Positions 36,008 through 47,106 of a DNA stretch of 64,000 nucleotides are shown in pieces. Every line of letters begins with the position of its first letter. Position 1 is the first letter of the stretch. A program made the position numbers and the translations under genes. This stretch comes from a virus, in the IMG/VR virus record IMGVR_UViG_3300029953_000001. The stretch is one strand, 5' to 3'. Under the pieces are notes generated by a model. The model made no database searches. It was not told the origin of the DNA and saw only the letters and a program-made list of their open reading frames with translations.

Positions 36008-38962
36008 TCAACGAGTTAGCGGGATGTGGGGTTCGATGATAAACTGATTAGGTGTGATAGCTCTACCCACAACAATAATCCACTGGCAGTTGGTTGTGAC
36101 GTTCGAGTAGTCCTGAGTAAGGATTCCACCGACTGTAGCGTAGATGAGAGCACCTACAGTGAAGTTAGCTCCATCATATTCATAGACCCCGCCATAATTG
36201 GTACCCACGGTTATTGGAGCCCCTGCTGTGGCTGTGGAGAGGGTGATGCCGGAAACGATAGGGTATATAGGGTAGCCTTGTCCGTCCGTTACCACGGTAG
36301 TTGGGTCTATGGCTGACACTCCGCCATCACTCTGCACCATAACTGCTGTGAGGGGAATGAGATTGGTATTCGCGTTAAAGGTCAAGGTCGGGCTGGTACT
36401 GCTGGAGGGTATGCTTACGGTAGCTGTAGGTGCTGAGGAGGATGTGATAGTCGCGGAGATGTAACTACCAGTCATAACCTGCTGAGCCGTGGTAAGACCA
36501 TGAATCGCGATGACCTGAATTACATCTCCCTTGTTGAGAGACTGAACAATGGACATTTGAATGGTGGTTGGCCCTGTCTGAGTTCCGTCAGTGGACACAG
36601 TATCGAGCACCGTAGTACTGTTCAACATAAGGTTAGCCGTGCGGTAGCCCAAGCCCCCAATACCCCAATTAATCTCAACTACGATGGCATAGTTACCTGT
36701 AGCCTGAGCGGTAAAAGTGTTATCACTTGTGACGTTCCCTGTCAAGTCGAAATCTACTTGGTCAAAGGACACAGGGAGACCCGCTTGTCCAACCGGCACT
36801 GAGTTGATAACCGAGTTAACTTCTGCCTTCCAGCCCACGTTAGTAAAATCCTGAAGCAGGAATTGCTGTTGCTGTATAGCCGACTGAATGGCAGTACTAA
36901 TAGTTGTTCCCTGCTGTTGCGCTGCTGCATAGCTCAAGTTAGTGCGGAGCATCGCTATCTGCGTGCCAATAGGCAACTGCTGAATGTCGGGTCGCATGAG
37001 AAATGTGTTCGGGTTAAAGGTCGTCCCCTGCCACCCGGATTGTCCCGCTGCGGGTCCCCCATTGGTGGAGAAAGTAACCACTGGGGCCTTGGGAATCTGA
37101 AGCAGAGGGTAGCCCGGAACCCATGTACGATTGCGGGTAGCCGCGTCCGCCTTTAGCTGGTTGTAAATGGTGAGGTCGCCTAGTGGGTCGATAGCTGAAT
37201 CTAACGCAGCCGGGTAGCTCACCACGAACTGAACAAGGTATGGGTCTTGCAGCAATAGAGCTTGAAGGTTCGCGTTGAAGGTACGCCAAAACTGGGTGAA
37301 ACGGTCAACGAGCTTGGCCTCCGCGAACTGGTCGTAGATGAACTTGAACTGGGGTCTAGTCGTGGTGTACGTCGGTGTGTTCTTGATGTTTGTGTCCGCG
37401 AGAGCAATTACTTCCTGCAACACGTTCCCTATAGCAGAAGGGAACGTGCAGGGAGTCGGGTACTCTGCCTCACCATTACCGAGAGTGACTGTGGATGTGA
37501 CGGTGGGGTTGACGGAGGTAGCCGTGTAGTCAAGGTCGGTGCCAGTGAATGAGGATACGTAGTTAGGGCTCACGTAGGAATCCCAAAGCTGGCTGCGGGT
37601 GTAACCAAGTAGAGAAGCTTCAAGATAGGAAAGCTGCCACAACAAGTTACCTTGAACCGTTGGCGTGGCACCAGTCAGTGTGGCGATGAGGGGAATAGCC
37701 TTGGGAGCATTGCTCAATGTTGTGCTGGGGAGGACGGCGTTCCATGGCGTCGGAGTCGCTGCCAGATAAACCAGTGACGGGGATACCAGTTGGGTGTACG
37801 CGACTTGGAAGTTTTGAACCCATGAACCTAAGCGTCCGTTACGAGCCGACGCCAAGTAAAAGAGCCATGCAGATGTTAGGTTAGGGTCGAAGTTGGACGC
37901 TACCACCTGTTCGAGTGTGACAAAGTGTACCATAGCCTTACGCAGGTTGGCATTGCGAACGGTGAGGTCAGGGTTGGCATAGTCTGGGTCGGTTGGTTCA
38001 ATCGTCTGGTCGCGGAGGGTCGGGACGATGGAAACGATGTTGCCCTGATAGGTAGCTGATGGCATCTGGTAGTTCGAAATGATGGTCGAGGGATCGGGCA
38101 CTGCACCCTGCATCGAGTGGTTGACACTGAACGGGTTGGCAAGGTTGGTCGCCGCGTAAGTAGGTGGAAGAAAAGTAGGGGTCGAGGTTGAGTTCTCCAT
38201 CGTAGTGATGAAGTTAGGGTCACTCAAGTCCTGCCCAGTATTGGGGATGAGACCACCGAGGGGGGGGACGAAGGCGGATGTGCCAAATTGCAAGCCACTG
38301 TAGGTCTGAATGGTGGTCGGATAATTCGAGAAGATATTGATGTTCGGAACGTGGAGCACGCACTGATTGAAGGCGAAGTTGGTGTCGAACTTCAAGCTCT
38401 TCGCCGTCAATGCAAACGCGCTGAGAGGTACGAAGTTGAAGCCATTCCAATGCCAGATGGTGTCGGAGAACAGATTCGGGATGGCCGGTAGGTTGGGAAG
38501 ACCCCAGTTACAAATCTCGTTCAGGGTAAGAGCAAGGGCGTTCAGGTTCTGCTGCACCATGCCCACAAGGTTCAACTCCATCGACTGAAGGATACCGATG
38601 TTCTGAGTGACAGCCGAGATGAGACCAATGATTTCCTGCTGATAGTCGTTGATGCCCTTGATGATTTTGATGGAGTCTGCCACGTACTTTATACCACGTG
38701 GAAGGTCAGACAGCTTGCCATCAATGGCAAGGTTGTTCATGTTAGTGTAGAGGTCTATCTTCTCCATCAGGTCCTTCTTTTTTTGAAGGAGCCAATGCTG
38801 TGCATCGCCGATGTTCCGTTCAAGTAGACGACCGTCTTCAAGAGCTTTATGGTAATACTTCTCAATCGTGGGGTCGCCGAGAGGGGATAGGCGTGTCACC
38901 GCTCCTTTTGCCTTTATGGGCCACATCTCGGCGTTCTGTAGGTCTGTAGTAAAAGTCGCCAT
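36008..38962 (-). CDS. large tail/baseplate protein (984 aa)
   Basis: Long ORF at the distal end of the tail block, N/T/S/Q-rich; preceded by the duplicated GGTAAGGCAAG element. Confidence 0.7.
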   Translation of the reverse strand: MATFTTDLQNAEMWPIKAKGAVTRLSPLGDPTIEKYYHKALEDGRLLERNIGDAQHWLLQKKKDLMEKIDLYTNMNNLAIDGKLSDLPRGIKYVADSIKIIKGINDYQQEIIGLISAVTQNIGILQSMELNLVGMVQQNLNALALTLNEICNWGLPNLPAIPNLFSDTIWHWNGFNFVPLSAFALTAKSLKFDTNFAFNQCVLHVPNINIFSNYPTTIQTYSGLQFGTSAFVPPLGGLIPNTGQDLSDPNFITTMENSTSTPTFLPPTYAATNLANPFSVNHSMQGAVPDPSTIISNYQMPSATYQGNIVSIVPTLRDQTIEPTDPDYANPDLTVRNANLRKAMVHFVTLEQVVASNFDPNLTSAWLFYLASARNGRLGSWVQNFQVAYTQLVSPSLVYLAATPTPWNAVLPSTTLSNAPKAIPLIATLTGATPTVQGNLLWQLSYLEASLLGYTRSQLWDSYVSPNYVSSFTGTDLDYTATSVNPTVTSTVTLGNGEAEYPTPCTFPSAIGNVLQEVIALADTNIKNTPTYTTTRPQFKFIYDQFAEAKLVDRFTQFWRTFNANLQALLLQDPYLVQFVVSYPAALDSAIDPLGDLTIYNQLKADAATRNRTWVPGYPLLQIPKAPVVTFSTNGGPAAGQSGWQGTTFNPNTFLMRPDIQQLPIGTQIAMLRTNLSYAAAQQQGTTISTAIQSAIQQQQFLLQDFTNVGWKAEVNSVINSVPVGQAGLPVSFDQVDFDLTGNVTSDNTFTAQATGNYAIVVEINWGIGGLGYRTANLMLNSTTVLDTVSTDGTQTGPTTIQMSIVQSLNKGDVIQVIAIHGLTTAQQVMTGSYISATITSSSAPTATVSIPSSSTSPTLTFNANTNLIPLTAVMVQSDGGVSAIDPTTVVTDGQGYPIYPIVSGITLSTATAGAPITVGTNYGGVYEYDGANFTVGALIYATVGGILTQDYSNVTTNCQWIIVVGRAITPNQFIIEPHIPLTR

Positions 38963-38972
38963 TATCCTTGCC

Positions 38973-39230
38973 TTACCCTTGCCTTACCCTATCAATGACC
39001 CGTCGTATAGCTTTAAGCGGGTACGAGTAGTCGTTGTTGTGCAGATACGCCCTGAAGAAAAACTCAAACTCAGGGTCTTGAATGTCGTAGCCATCTTCCT
39101 CTACATAGAAACGCAAGGTGTCAACGATGGCTTGGTCCCCATCATCGTCATCCGGCTGGCCGTCATCTTCAACGTCATCGTGCTCCAAGAGCCAGTCAAT
39201 CTTATTCGCGTTGAGGTCGTCTTGATTCAT
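38973..39230 (-). CDS. small acidic protein (85 aa)
   Basis: ORF packed between the 766 and 984 aa genes; very acidic (D/E-rich). Confidence 0.5.
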   Translation of the reverse strand: MNQDDLNANKIDWLLEHDDVEDDGQPDDDDGDQAIVDTLRFYVEEDGYDIQDPEFEFFFRAYLHNNDYSYPLKAIRRVIDRVRQG

Positions 39231-41530
39231 TAGCTGTTCTCGTCCGATACATAGTCGCCCTGATTGTGAACGATATCCGGGGCCTCTGTTGTGTGCCTCG
39301 TCATTGCTGACTGGATAATCTTCTGAGCCGACTGTACATGGTCGGTCTTAGTGGTACCCCGGAAGGTTGCACATTCCAAGATGTAATCTCCTGTGATGTG
39401 CTCGTGCTTGTTGCCCTTGATGAGTAGGTCTACGTCACCGTTGATTTCCAACCGCAAAGCCTTCTGTTGCTTGTTCTGACCGATGGTCATTTCAACCCCG
39501 CCATCGAGAGCCGCTGTGAGCGACCGTCCTAATTGGTCTGCTCCTACCGCAAGCACGATAGCCCCGGCAAGGTCGAGGAGTAAGGACTGACCAGAGGCTG
39601 GGTTGCTGCCAATGCGGAGGAGAACGTCCCGTACCGCGTGCAAGTCAACCGATAGACCGTGAGCATCGGCATTCGTCAGTGGAGCCCCTGACCAGTTGTA
39701 AGGCAGCATGTTGACTTGTGGCGTGCCCACCTGTGTAAGGTCGTGAAAGGCATAAATGTTATCCCCGGCTCCGTAAGTGGGGCGACCGGGTGAGTGAGAG
39801 TCGAGACGGCTGGTTGAAGTCACAGCGTACGGCGTCTTACCCTGTCCATCCTGATAGCCGTTAACAAGGTGACGACGCTTGGAGTTAGGGTCACGGGCAC
39901 CAATACGGGCTACGAAGGCACCATCAGCCGCGAGGCGTAGGGAGATGTTCTCCGCACCAGTCTTATTGGTGAGGTCACCGGCATCGCCAGCGGCCAGCTT
40001 GGGGGCTGTCCAATAGTTGAGTGTACGCTGCTGCACCGAGTCATTCTTGCTCCGAGTCTGGGTGAGCACTGTGCGACCACGGTCGGGGAGAGAGGTATCG
40101 TCGGCACCGAGACGAATGACGCTCTGACCCAAAGCTTGAAGGTCGATGGCATCTTCCTCATCGCGGTTCTTTCCGACAACCAGCTTGAGGGAACCTACAA
40201 GGTGACCTTCGAGAGAGCGACCGGCACCATGCGGGTGCTCATACCCTCCAGCCAGAGGGATGTTCTCCTTAGGCATCGTGGCACCAATTTCAAACGATGT
40301 GAATCCTTCCTTGGTAACGTCCCAGCGAGTGGTGTTGTACTCGTAGGGGAAGCGGATGGAATGGCAGGATGCAGCCAAGCGTGCTTCAACATGGTCAGCC
40401 GAATCCACGGCAGGAATGTAACCCGACTCAAAATCAGCACCGAAGCGTCCTTGCTGAGTGTAGGGACTAAGCACCGGTTTGAGCACCATACCATAGGTGG
40501 ACTTGTCGAACAGGTTGTACCCCACCAGAGTGCCCGTGGTCTTTTCCGCGATGAAGCCACGACGCTGAGGCGTGATGCCCTCGGCCAATGTGGGACCTAC
40601 AGGAGCCGACTCTGCTCCTGCAATAGGATGGTCGAAGCCTTGGTTAGCGAGGTATGATTCACTGTCAAATGAAATTTCACCTGTCGTCTGGATAGTAGTG
40701 CGTTGCCATGGGTCAGCCGTAGTTCCTAGAGCAAAGTCAAGCAAACTACTCTGAAGAATCTCAGGAGTGAGAGGATAGTCAAGAGCGTATTCCTGAACTC
40801 TGTCCGTCTGCTCCGACCATGCGATTACATCCTGCTCACCGGATATATAACGGTCGGATGGTTGAGCATTAGGTTGTAGATACACAACTGATTCCTTGGA
40901 GCCATCAGGTAAGACGACAGGGGTGACCGTAGATGCTCCGGGACGGGTGACTGCACCCTTGAACTCAATGCCAGAGTGCGTGTACTGGAAACGTGTGCCG
41001 GTCATCTGCACCCAGAGACGACGGTGGGTATCCAACCGGTCGCGAGTCATGTCCTGTGACGACTTGTCCCAACCGGCATCTACCTTCTCAGTGTAGCCCG
41101 AAGCCATGGATACTGCACGCTGTCCGGGATATGCCTTGCGGTAGTTGCCACGGACACGACGGTTGACGATGGGAACCTTCGTCCCCATGTTGTATCCAAT
41201 TACATCCTGAGACCGTTGAATGTCAGTTACAACTGGAGTGAGTAGAGCGTACTGAACATAACCGTTGTCATAGAAGATAGGCACGGTGAGAAACAGGGCA
41301 CCCTCTTCCGGCATCGCCACGTCGGAGGACTCGGCTGAGTTGGAGTTAGCGGGAAGGATGTTTACTTCTCTCAGAATAGCCCCGTTCCGAGTATCCATAA
41401 GCGAAGCAATACCTCGCTCCCAGTCCATGGTCAGAATGGATGCTACAAAAACTTGGAATTGTTCCTCACTGCGCTGGGCAGCGTGAAGCGGGGGTCGGTA
41501 CTCATTCGCTCTTGTTGTTGAATATCCCAT
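39230..41530 (-). CDS. tail/baseplate structural protein (766 aa)
   Basis: Long ORF coupled to neighbours in tail block. Confidence 0.7.
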   Translation of the reverse strand: MGYSTTRANEYRPPLHAAQRSEEQFQVFVASILTMDWERGIASLMDTRNGAILREVNILPANSNSAESSDVAMPEEGALFLTVPIFYDNGYVQYALLTPVVTDIQRSQDVIGYNMGTKVPIVNRRVRGNYRKAYPGQRAVSMASGYTEKVDAGWDKSSQDMTRDRLDTHRRLWVQMTGTRFQYTHSGIEFKGAVTRPGASTVTPVVLPDGSKESVVYLQPNAQPSDRYISGEQDVIAWSEQTDRVQEYALDYPLTPEILQSSLLDFALGTTADPWQRTTIQTTGEISFDSESYLANQGFDHPIAGAESAPVGPTLAEGITPQRRGFIAEKTTGTLVGYNLFDKSTYGMVLKPVLSPYTQQGRFGADFESGYIPAVDSADHVEARLAASCHSIRFPYEYNTTRWDVTKEGFTSFEIGATMPKENIPLAGGYEHPHGAGRSLEGHLVGSLKLVVGKNRDEEDAIDLQALGQSVIRLGADDTSLPDRGRTVLTQTRSKNDSVQQRTLNYWTAPKLAAGDAGDLTNKTGAENISLRLAADGAFVARIGARDPNSKRRHLVNGYQDGQGKTPYAVTSTSRLDSHSPGRPTYGAGDNIYAFHDLTQVGTPQVNMLPYNWSGAPLTNADAHGLSVDLHAVRDVLLRIGSNPASGQSLLLDLAGAIVLAVGADQLGRSLTAALDGGVEMTIGQNKQQKALRLEINGDVDLLIKGNKHEHITGDYILECATFRGTTKTDHVQSAQKIIQSAMTRHTTEAPDIVHNQGDYVSDENS

Positions 41531-41538
41531 GACACCCT

Positions 41539-44424
41539 TTATGTAGTGCTCTTGTTACCATTCAGTAGTTTGCTGACAAAGGTCTGAGCTTGCTGGTCTG
41601 AGGATGGTGTTACCCCCAGAGCATTGGGGATTTGTGTGTTGTTTGTCGGAGGAGTGACTGGACGATACAGCGGGGTGAGATTACTAGGAGGGGGCGGTCC
41701 TCCCGAAACAAAAAAGTCTATACGATTTGCAACATCATCCAACGAGTCGGCGATGTCGTTGTCAGGTTGCGTGTCCTTGGTACCGTTTTGGGGAGTCCCC
41801 GGTGGCGGAGTCACCAACTCAAAACTCGTGGCTGATTGTTCAAAACTGGATAGGGTGCTCAGCTTGGACATCTCAGATGCCAGCGAGGCGCTGGGGTCAA
41901 TCGCAGAAGGAGAACCTACTCCCGCGAAGAGGAACACGTTGGCTCCGGTGATGGACTGAGTTTCGAGGCTGTTCACAGCCGTGGTCGTGAGAATGCCTAG
42001 TCGGGTTTCGAGCAACGCTTCGTTGAGAGACTTCCACCGTCCCCATGGAAACGGTGTAAGCAGTTCATATCCACCTTCGTCCGTGTAAGGCTGAGCGGTG
42101 AGAATCTTCTGCATGTACCATATATTGATACCAGTGGATGGTGTCTTGTTGGTGGGGGGTTGCTGACCGTTGCTTGTGGTCTGAGTCACAGCTTCATCCT
42201 GAGCCGGGACGAGCCAGTTGGACTTAGAGAAGAAGGGTTGTCCAATAGGAACAGGTGCTCCACTACAGTTGGTGAACTTACCATCTGCCTGTATTGTGGT
42301 TTTGTCGTTTTGCACGCGGAAGCTCTTAGTCGTGGTGTCCGCCTTAGTCTGCCACGAGGTTCCCCACTGGTTACGTCGGTTGCTGATGACTTCCCAATCC
42401 TCCTGATACACAGGCTTGTTAGGGGATTGACGTTGAGTGGCTGGTGAATTAACCAACTTGGCTTTGGAGTTAGAGGACACTCCCCCACTTCCCGACGCGG
42501 TGCTGGCCTTCTTGTTTGTAGCGTTGGTTGCCTGTGACTGACCAGTGGCCGTCGTGGGGTTTGTTGTCGTTGTGTTAGCGGAGCTAGGTGGTTCCGTCCA
42601 CTGCATCACAAGGTTGGGCTGTGTTGTGTAAATTACCTTGTCCTGCGTAGTTCCTGTGCTGCTGCCAACTGGGTGGGTTGCAGGGAACATCGGACGCTTA
42701 CGCAAGCTGTCAAGCGTAATGGACATCGTGGCTGCGTTGCCATACTGATACTGGATACTGATGTTCTTGATGTACCCATACATATCCTTGTGAGGAAGAT
42801 ACATAGGAAACCCCAGCTTCAATTCAGGACGCAGAGGGATGGTCAGTGTGTAGGTCTTCCAGCTACGGTTAGCACGCACCAATTCACATACCGCATATGT
42901 ATACAAAGCGATCTTACTCCCATAACTGAGCCATGGGATTGGCCGAGCCGGTTCTTCCCGCACACCAAACTTAGCTAGTTTAGGGATGTCGATGTGCGTG
43001 ATGGTGGGGAGCACCTGACGGGTGGATTCAGGGCTAATCATACCGTTCGTGATGATGGGTGTCTGCACCGTCACACGAGTTGCACGGATGCCCTGCTCAT
43101 CTTCTGTCTCACTCTCAGTTTCAATCTCGCTCAGGTGGACGACGAATGGGTTGCTGTCTGTCCGCAAGTTGAGATAGGTGGGGTTCTTGCTGGTGTTGGT
43201 CGAATCGGTCACGTTGGTCACATCGAGGTTGTACAGGGGTGGTTTGAAGATGATGGTACCGTCCACGTCCTGAAATCCCTCATAGCCGATGGACTGAAGA
43301 ATGGTACGGATACGCTCTAGGCGATTCGTGATTCTTCCGTTAGTTAGCTGCAAACTTCCGATAGCCGTGTCCATCTGATAGTTTCTGATGAGTGACACGT
43401 AGAAGTCGGAGTTGGTCGCTTGTTCAACGAGAGATACCTTAGGGGAGACAGAGAATCTCGCGGGGATGTAGGAAGGGTCAGATGACCCCTGACTCTCTGG
43501 GTTTAGTCGTGTGCTGTTATTGTCGGCAGAGTCAGGGACGGGCTGGTCTTTATCCGACGGACCATCCTTACCCATGAGGTAACCTGTGATGTGAACTTCA
43601 CGACGCAGGTTATCAAGGATAGGTTGCCATTTGTTGATGTATCCGGCTTCTACTGCTCCCGCCCAATCGTCCCCCTCTTGTCCCTGCTTGTTCAACTGGG
43701 CTTGCTGGATGCTGGTGATGGTAAACTGGTCAGTCGAGATGGGGCGGGTGAAAACATCGCCAAGCATTTGGTAGGGATTCATACCATACTGATTGGTCTG
43801 ATAGGGCACAACGCTGCTATCCGAGTTTGTCAAGCTGGCCGGTGCGAGGTCGGTGTACATCAAAGCCAAGAAGTGAAGGATGCCAAGGCACTGAATCGAA
43901 ATCTGTAACACCATGCCATTGTCTTGATGGTTGACGTTGGTTGTCAGCCCCTTGAAGACCCGGTAGTAAATAGTGTTACCGCTTGCCGATGCGAAGTACC
44001 CCTTGGCGAATACCTGTACTTCCATCATACTTTCGATGAGGTTGTTTCCCCCCGGAGACTGATAGAGATACTTCTGATGATTAGGTACCGCGAGGGAAAA
44101 GTTGGCGGTGGGTACAAGGTTGTCCACATCGTAGGTCGCCTGAAACGATTGCACATGGTCGTTGAAGCTCACATAGGTATAGGAGCTAGGGTGGCTTGGG
44201 TTCGTCTTTGTGTCTTCAACGTAGGGGTTAACCAGATATGTCTTACCATTCAGATATATGATAATGTCAGGGGCCGTCTTAATGATTTCACGTTCCTGAA
44301 CCGTCTGCATTATGTTGCGGATGCTGTGGTTCCCTCCGGTTGCTTGGACGTTTACTTTTAACGTAGGTACGCTTCCGGCTGTATTGCCGGTGTTGGTGGT
44401 CGAGTTTGAAGTGGCGTCTGACAT
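41539..44424 (-). CDS. tail/baseplate structural protein (961 aa), possible tail-associated hub protein
   Basis: Long ORF, third gene after the putative tape measure gene. Confidence 0.65.
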   Translation of the reverse strand: MSDATSNSTTNTGNTAGSVPTLKVNVQATGGNHSIRNIMQTVQEREIIKTAPDIIIYLNGKTYLVNPYVEDTKTNPSHPSSYTYVSFNDHVQSFQATYDVDNLVPTANFSLAVPNHQKYLYQSPGGNNLIESMMEVQVFAKGYFASASGNTIYYRVFKGLTTNVNHQDNGMVLQISIQCLGILHFLALMYTDLAPASLTNSDSSVVPYQTNQYGMNPYQMLGDVFTRPISTDQFTITSIQQAQLNKQGQEGDDWAGAVEAGYINKWQPILDNLRREVHITGYLMGKDGPSDKDQPVPDSADNNSTRLNPESQGSSDPSYIPARFSVSPKVSLVEQATNSDFYVSLIRNYQMDTAIGSLQLTNGRITNRLERIRTILQSIGYEGFQDVDGTIIFKPPLYNLDVTNVTDSTNTSKNPTYLNLRTDSNPFVVHLSEIETESETEDEQGIRATRVTVQTPIITNGMISPESTRQVLPTITHIDIPKLAKFGVREEPARPIPWLSYGSKIALYTYAVCELVRANRSWKTYTLTIPLRPELKLGFPMYLPHKDMYGYIKNISIQYQYGNAATMSITLDSLRKRPMFPATHPVGSSTGTTQDKVIYTTQPNLVMQWTEPPSSANTTTTNPTTATGQSQATNATNKKASTASGSGGVSSNSKAKLVNSPATQRQSPNKPVYQEDWEVISNRRNQWGTSWQTKADTTTKSFRVQNDKTTIQADGKFTNCSGAPVPIGQPFFSKSNWLVPAQDEAVTQTTSNGQQPPTNKTPSTGINIWYMQKILTAQPYTDEGGYELLTPFPWGRWKSLNEALLETRLGILTTTAVNSLETQSITGANVFLFAGVGSPSAIDPSASLASEMSKLSTLSSFEQSATSFELVTPPPGTPQNGTKDTQPDNDIADSLDDVANRIDFFVSGGPPPPSNLTPLYRPVTPPTNNTQIPNALGVTPSSDQQAQTFVSKLLNGNKSTT

Positions 44425-45605
44425 TAGGGGTACACATAGGACGTGGGTGCAAATATGTATTGCATCTGTCCTTGACTGGTGGAAGCCAACGGGTTGGTGA
44501 ACGGATTCAACTCATCGTTGGTAGAAGCTACAACCGAAGGTGAATCCGCATAGGGGTTGTTAGCGAGGTTGCTAGTAGCAGCGGCTGTAGTTGAGGCAGT
44601 CGATGGGACTGTCTGCTGAGACAAGGTGTTGTTCACCGTGCTCTGACCTGTGGTTCCCATCACAGCCGGGTAGCTGTGCCCTCTCTGAATGTTGTTGTGC
44701 TTGCTGTCCCAGTAACCAGAACTATCCCGGTAACGCTCCTTCCATGCAATAAAGGTCAACTCAAAATCAATCAGGAAGGGGTTATCGGCATTCTGAGAAA
44801 TACCCATGGACTCGAACATCCCAGACCAGATGAAGTTACCGACCCACAGGTCGATGTCTTGGTGCATACGAATACGACGGCGTAGGAAATCGGTCGCCAG
44901 CGGACCTTCGTTGAATTCCTCCCCCTCAAACCAATACCCATTATTCTCATAAACCTGCAACAATTGCATCAGGTTACGGTAGGATTCAGCGTAGAACTTA
45001 AACTCATCCGTGAGACCGAGAGCGAAGTAGGAACCCGCTGTCTGTCCTGATATACGAATAGAGGATACGTCCTCCCCCCACACACCGAACTGCCAGCCTC
45101 CTCGTGTAACCGCCTGAGTATCCACTGTCTGCTTACTCACCTCGATGGTTTTGGGGTTGATAAGGAACGTGAACTCCGCATCCTGAGTAGGATCAAACAC
45201 CCCTGTGGTGGGTATTACTCCCCGATGTGGGATGCGAATTTTCACGTAATCAGTGAGATTTTTGTTGGCACCAGTCACAAAAAAATCCCTGTTGGTGATT
45301 TGATGTGAGGTCATGACGCTGTTGCCCCTCGCATCCGTGGTTGCGGAAGCGTTGATGAACACTGCTTGAATGACGTTTAGGTCTATGCTGCTGGGAATAA
45401 ACCGCTTCTCAGCACGTATGGGCAGGTTGCCTGTAAGACTGGCGTCACTGAGGTTGTTAACCGCAGGTAACACCGGCGTCGATATCATGGAAGTAGTTGG
45501 AGCAGCGTCGATTGTATCAAACGGAGGATCGGGTTGAGCCGTCACAGTCACGTTGGTGGTTTGTGTGTTCGTCGCCGGATTGAAGTTTTCAGATGTAATT
45601 GCCAT
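44424..45605 (-). CDS. tail structural protein (393 aa)
   Basis: ORF coupled (1-nt overlaps) to flanking tail genes. Confidence 0.65.
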   Translation of the reverse strand: MAITSENFNPATNTQTTNVTVTAQPDPPFDTIDAAPTTSMISTPVLPAVNNLSDASLTGNLPIRAEKRFIPSSIDLNVIQAVFINASATTDARGNSVMTSHQITNRDFFVTGANKNLTDYVKIRIPHRGVIPTTGVFDPTQDAEFTFLINPKTIEVSKQTVDTQAVTRGGWQFGVWGEDVSSIRISGQTAGSYFALGLTDEFKFYAESYRNLMQLLQVYENNGYWFEGEEFNEGPLATDFLRRRIRMHQDIDLWVGNFIWSGMFESMGISQNADNPFLIDFELTFIAWKERYRDSSGYWDSKHNNIQRGHSYPAVMGTTGQSTVNNTLSQQTVPSTASTTAAATSNLANNPYADSPSVVASTNDELNPFTNPLASTSQGQMQYIFAPTSYVYP

Positions 45606-47104
45606 TATGGTTGCCCCGGAATGTAGTCTCTACCCACTGTGCGTTCTACTTGGAAGGTGAAGGAGAAATCCCATCTAAAAGGATTACTGGCGTCCATAGT
45701 CCATGTCAGAGATTTGAAGTACCCCTCATAAACGAAGTTACGGAATTGCATCACCACCGAGCCTCGCGTCAAGGCATCGTTATTTCTGCCGTTCATCTGC
45801 TGAGCACTGAGACCTAAAGCTGGAGACCAAGCGTCAATACCTGTCCAGTCTCGTGTCTCACTGGTATTACCCGGATTCACCACTGTTCCACCAGATGATG
45901 ATTGGGGTGAGTATATTTTGTTCCAAAGCCAAACTGAGCCGTTCATCTTGAACAAGGAGAGGAGTTCCTGAAATGCATCTTGAGCCGCAACGCGGAAGGC
46001 TGTGCTCTGGGTGACCTTCAATCCACTGAGACGGGTTTGGAAATTTGAGTCAGAGCCCACCGTCCGGTACTCGCTTACCACCCCACCTGTAATACCCCCC
46101 TCACCGAGCACCGTGCTGTTGTCAATGGTGGCGGATGGGTTGTTGCTCAACGTGAGTCCGCTGACAACAAGACGCTTCAAGTTCTCATCCACATTGAACG
46201 TGCTGAAGTAGTCCGTGATGCCAAACTGATTCATAAACACACCGGTTGAGCATTGACCCGATATAATGTCAGCCTGACTTCCCCACATCGTTATATGAAA
46301 TGCTGTGCGAGTCTTTTGCTGATGGTAGAGATGCTTCATGGCGAGGCTATACTGCTTCATCGAGGCGTTCAACTGCAATATAATCGGTTGCCCCGTCCGC
46401 CCTTTGTCTGACAGGGTAAAGTCCTCAAGATATATTTTGAATGTGACCGGCTGCACTTCTTTGCGAAGACGGGGGTTACCCGTGATAAGACTTGTGTCCT
46501 GAAACCATGGCGTGATACCGGATAACCCTTCACCCTCCACAACATCGGGAAACAGTGCGTTATACGCATCCGTGCTAATGTCATTGTTGGTTAGAGGCTT
46601 GGCTACAACAGCAGTGCGACCCAAATCTGGGAGATTATCTGTAGGAGAGGATGTCATCCCAACTTGTTGAATTACCGTCTGAACAGCAGAATTAACCGAT
46701 TCTCTACCGGAGGCTGACGTTGCTCCCTTATATGCAAATGCGGCATTGGCGATATCCCCGTTACTAGCGGAGAGAGCCTGCTTCCACACCTTAGCCCCCG
46801 CTGTTAGATTATCCGCGATAAAAGAGGGGGAGTTAGGGTCGGCGGAGGAGGGAAGTCCCAAAGACGCAGCAGTAGTAGGTAACACCTGTGCCGGTCCCTG
46901 CGCCCTCTGCCCACTTGTACCTACTGGCGTCCCCTGTGCCCATCCACTGGATGTAGGGACACCTTCGGTAGATATGAGTGAGTAGTAAGAGTACGGATCA
47001 ACACCAACGTTAGTCGCGGTGGTGTACACCGTCGGCCAAATACCAGTGGCTTGAAAGTTTTTACTCCCGTATGCGGGTGCCTGAGGAATATTTGGTGATG
47101 CCAT
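45605..47104 (-). CDS. tail structural protein (499 aa), possible distal tail protein
   Basis: Immediately downstream of the putative tape measure gene. Confidence 0.6.
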   Translation of the reverse strand: MASPNIPQAPAYGSKNFQATGIWPTVYTTATNVGVDPYSYYSLISTEGVPTSSGWAQGTPVGTSGQRAQGPAQVLPTTAASLGLPSSADPNSPSFIADNLTAGAKVWKQALSASNGDIANAAFAYKGATSASGRESVNSAVQTVIQQVGMTSSPTDNLPDLGRTAVVAKPLTNNDISTDAYNALFPDVVEGEGLSGITPWFQDTSLITGNPRLRKEVQPVTFKIYLEDFTLSDKGRTGQPIILQLNASMKQYSLAMKHLYHQQKTRTAFHITMWGSQADIISGQCSTGVFMNQFGITDYFSTFNVDENLKRLVVSGLTLSNNPSATIDNSTVLGEGGITGGVVSEYRTVGSDSNFQTRLSGLKVTQSTAFRVAAQDAFQELLSLFKMNGSVWLWNKIYSPQSSSGGTVVNPGNTSETRDWTGIDAWSPALGLSAQQMNGRNNDALTRGSVVMQFRNFVYEGYFKSLTWTMDASNPFRWDFSFTFQVERTVGRDYIPGQP

Positions 47105-47106
47105 AA

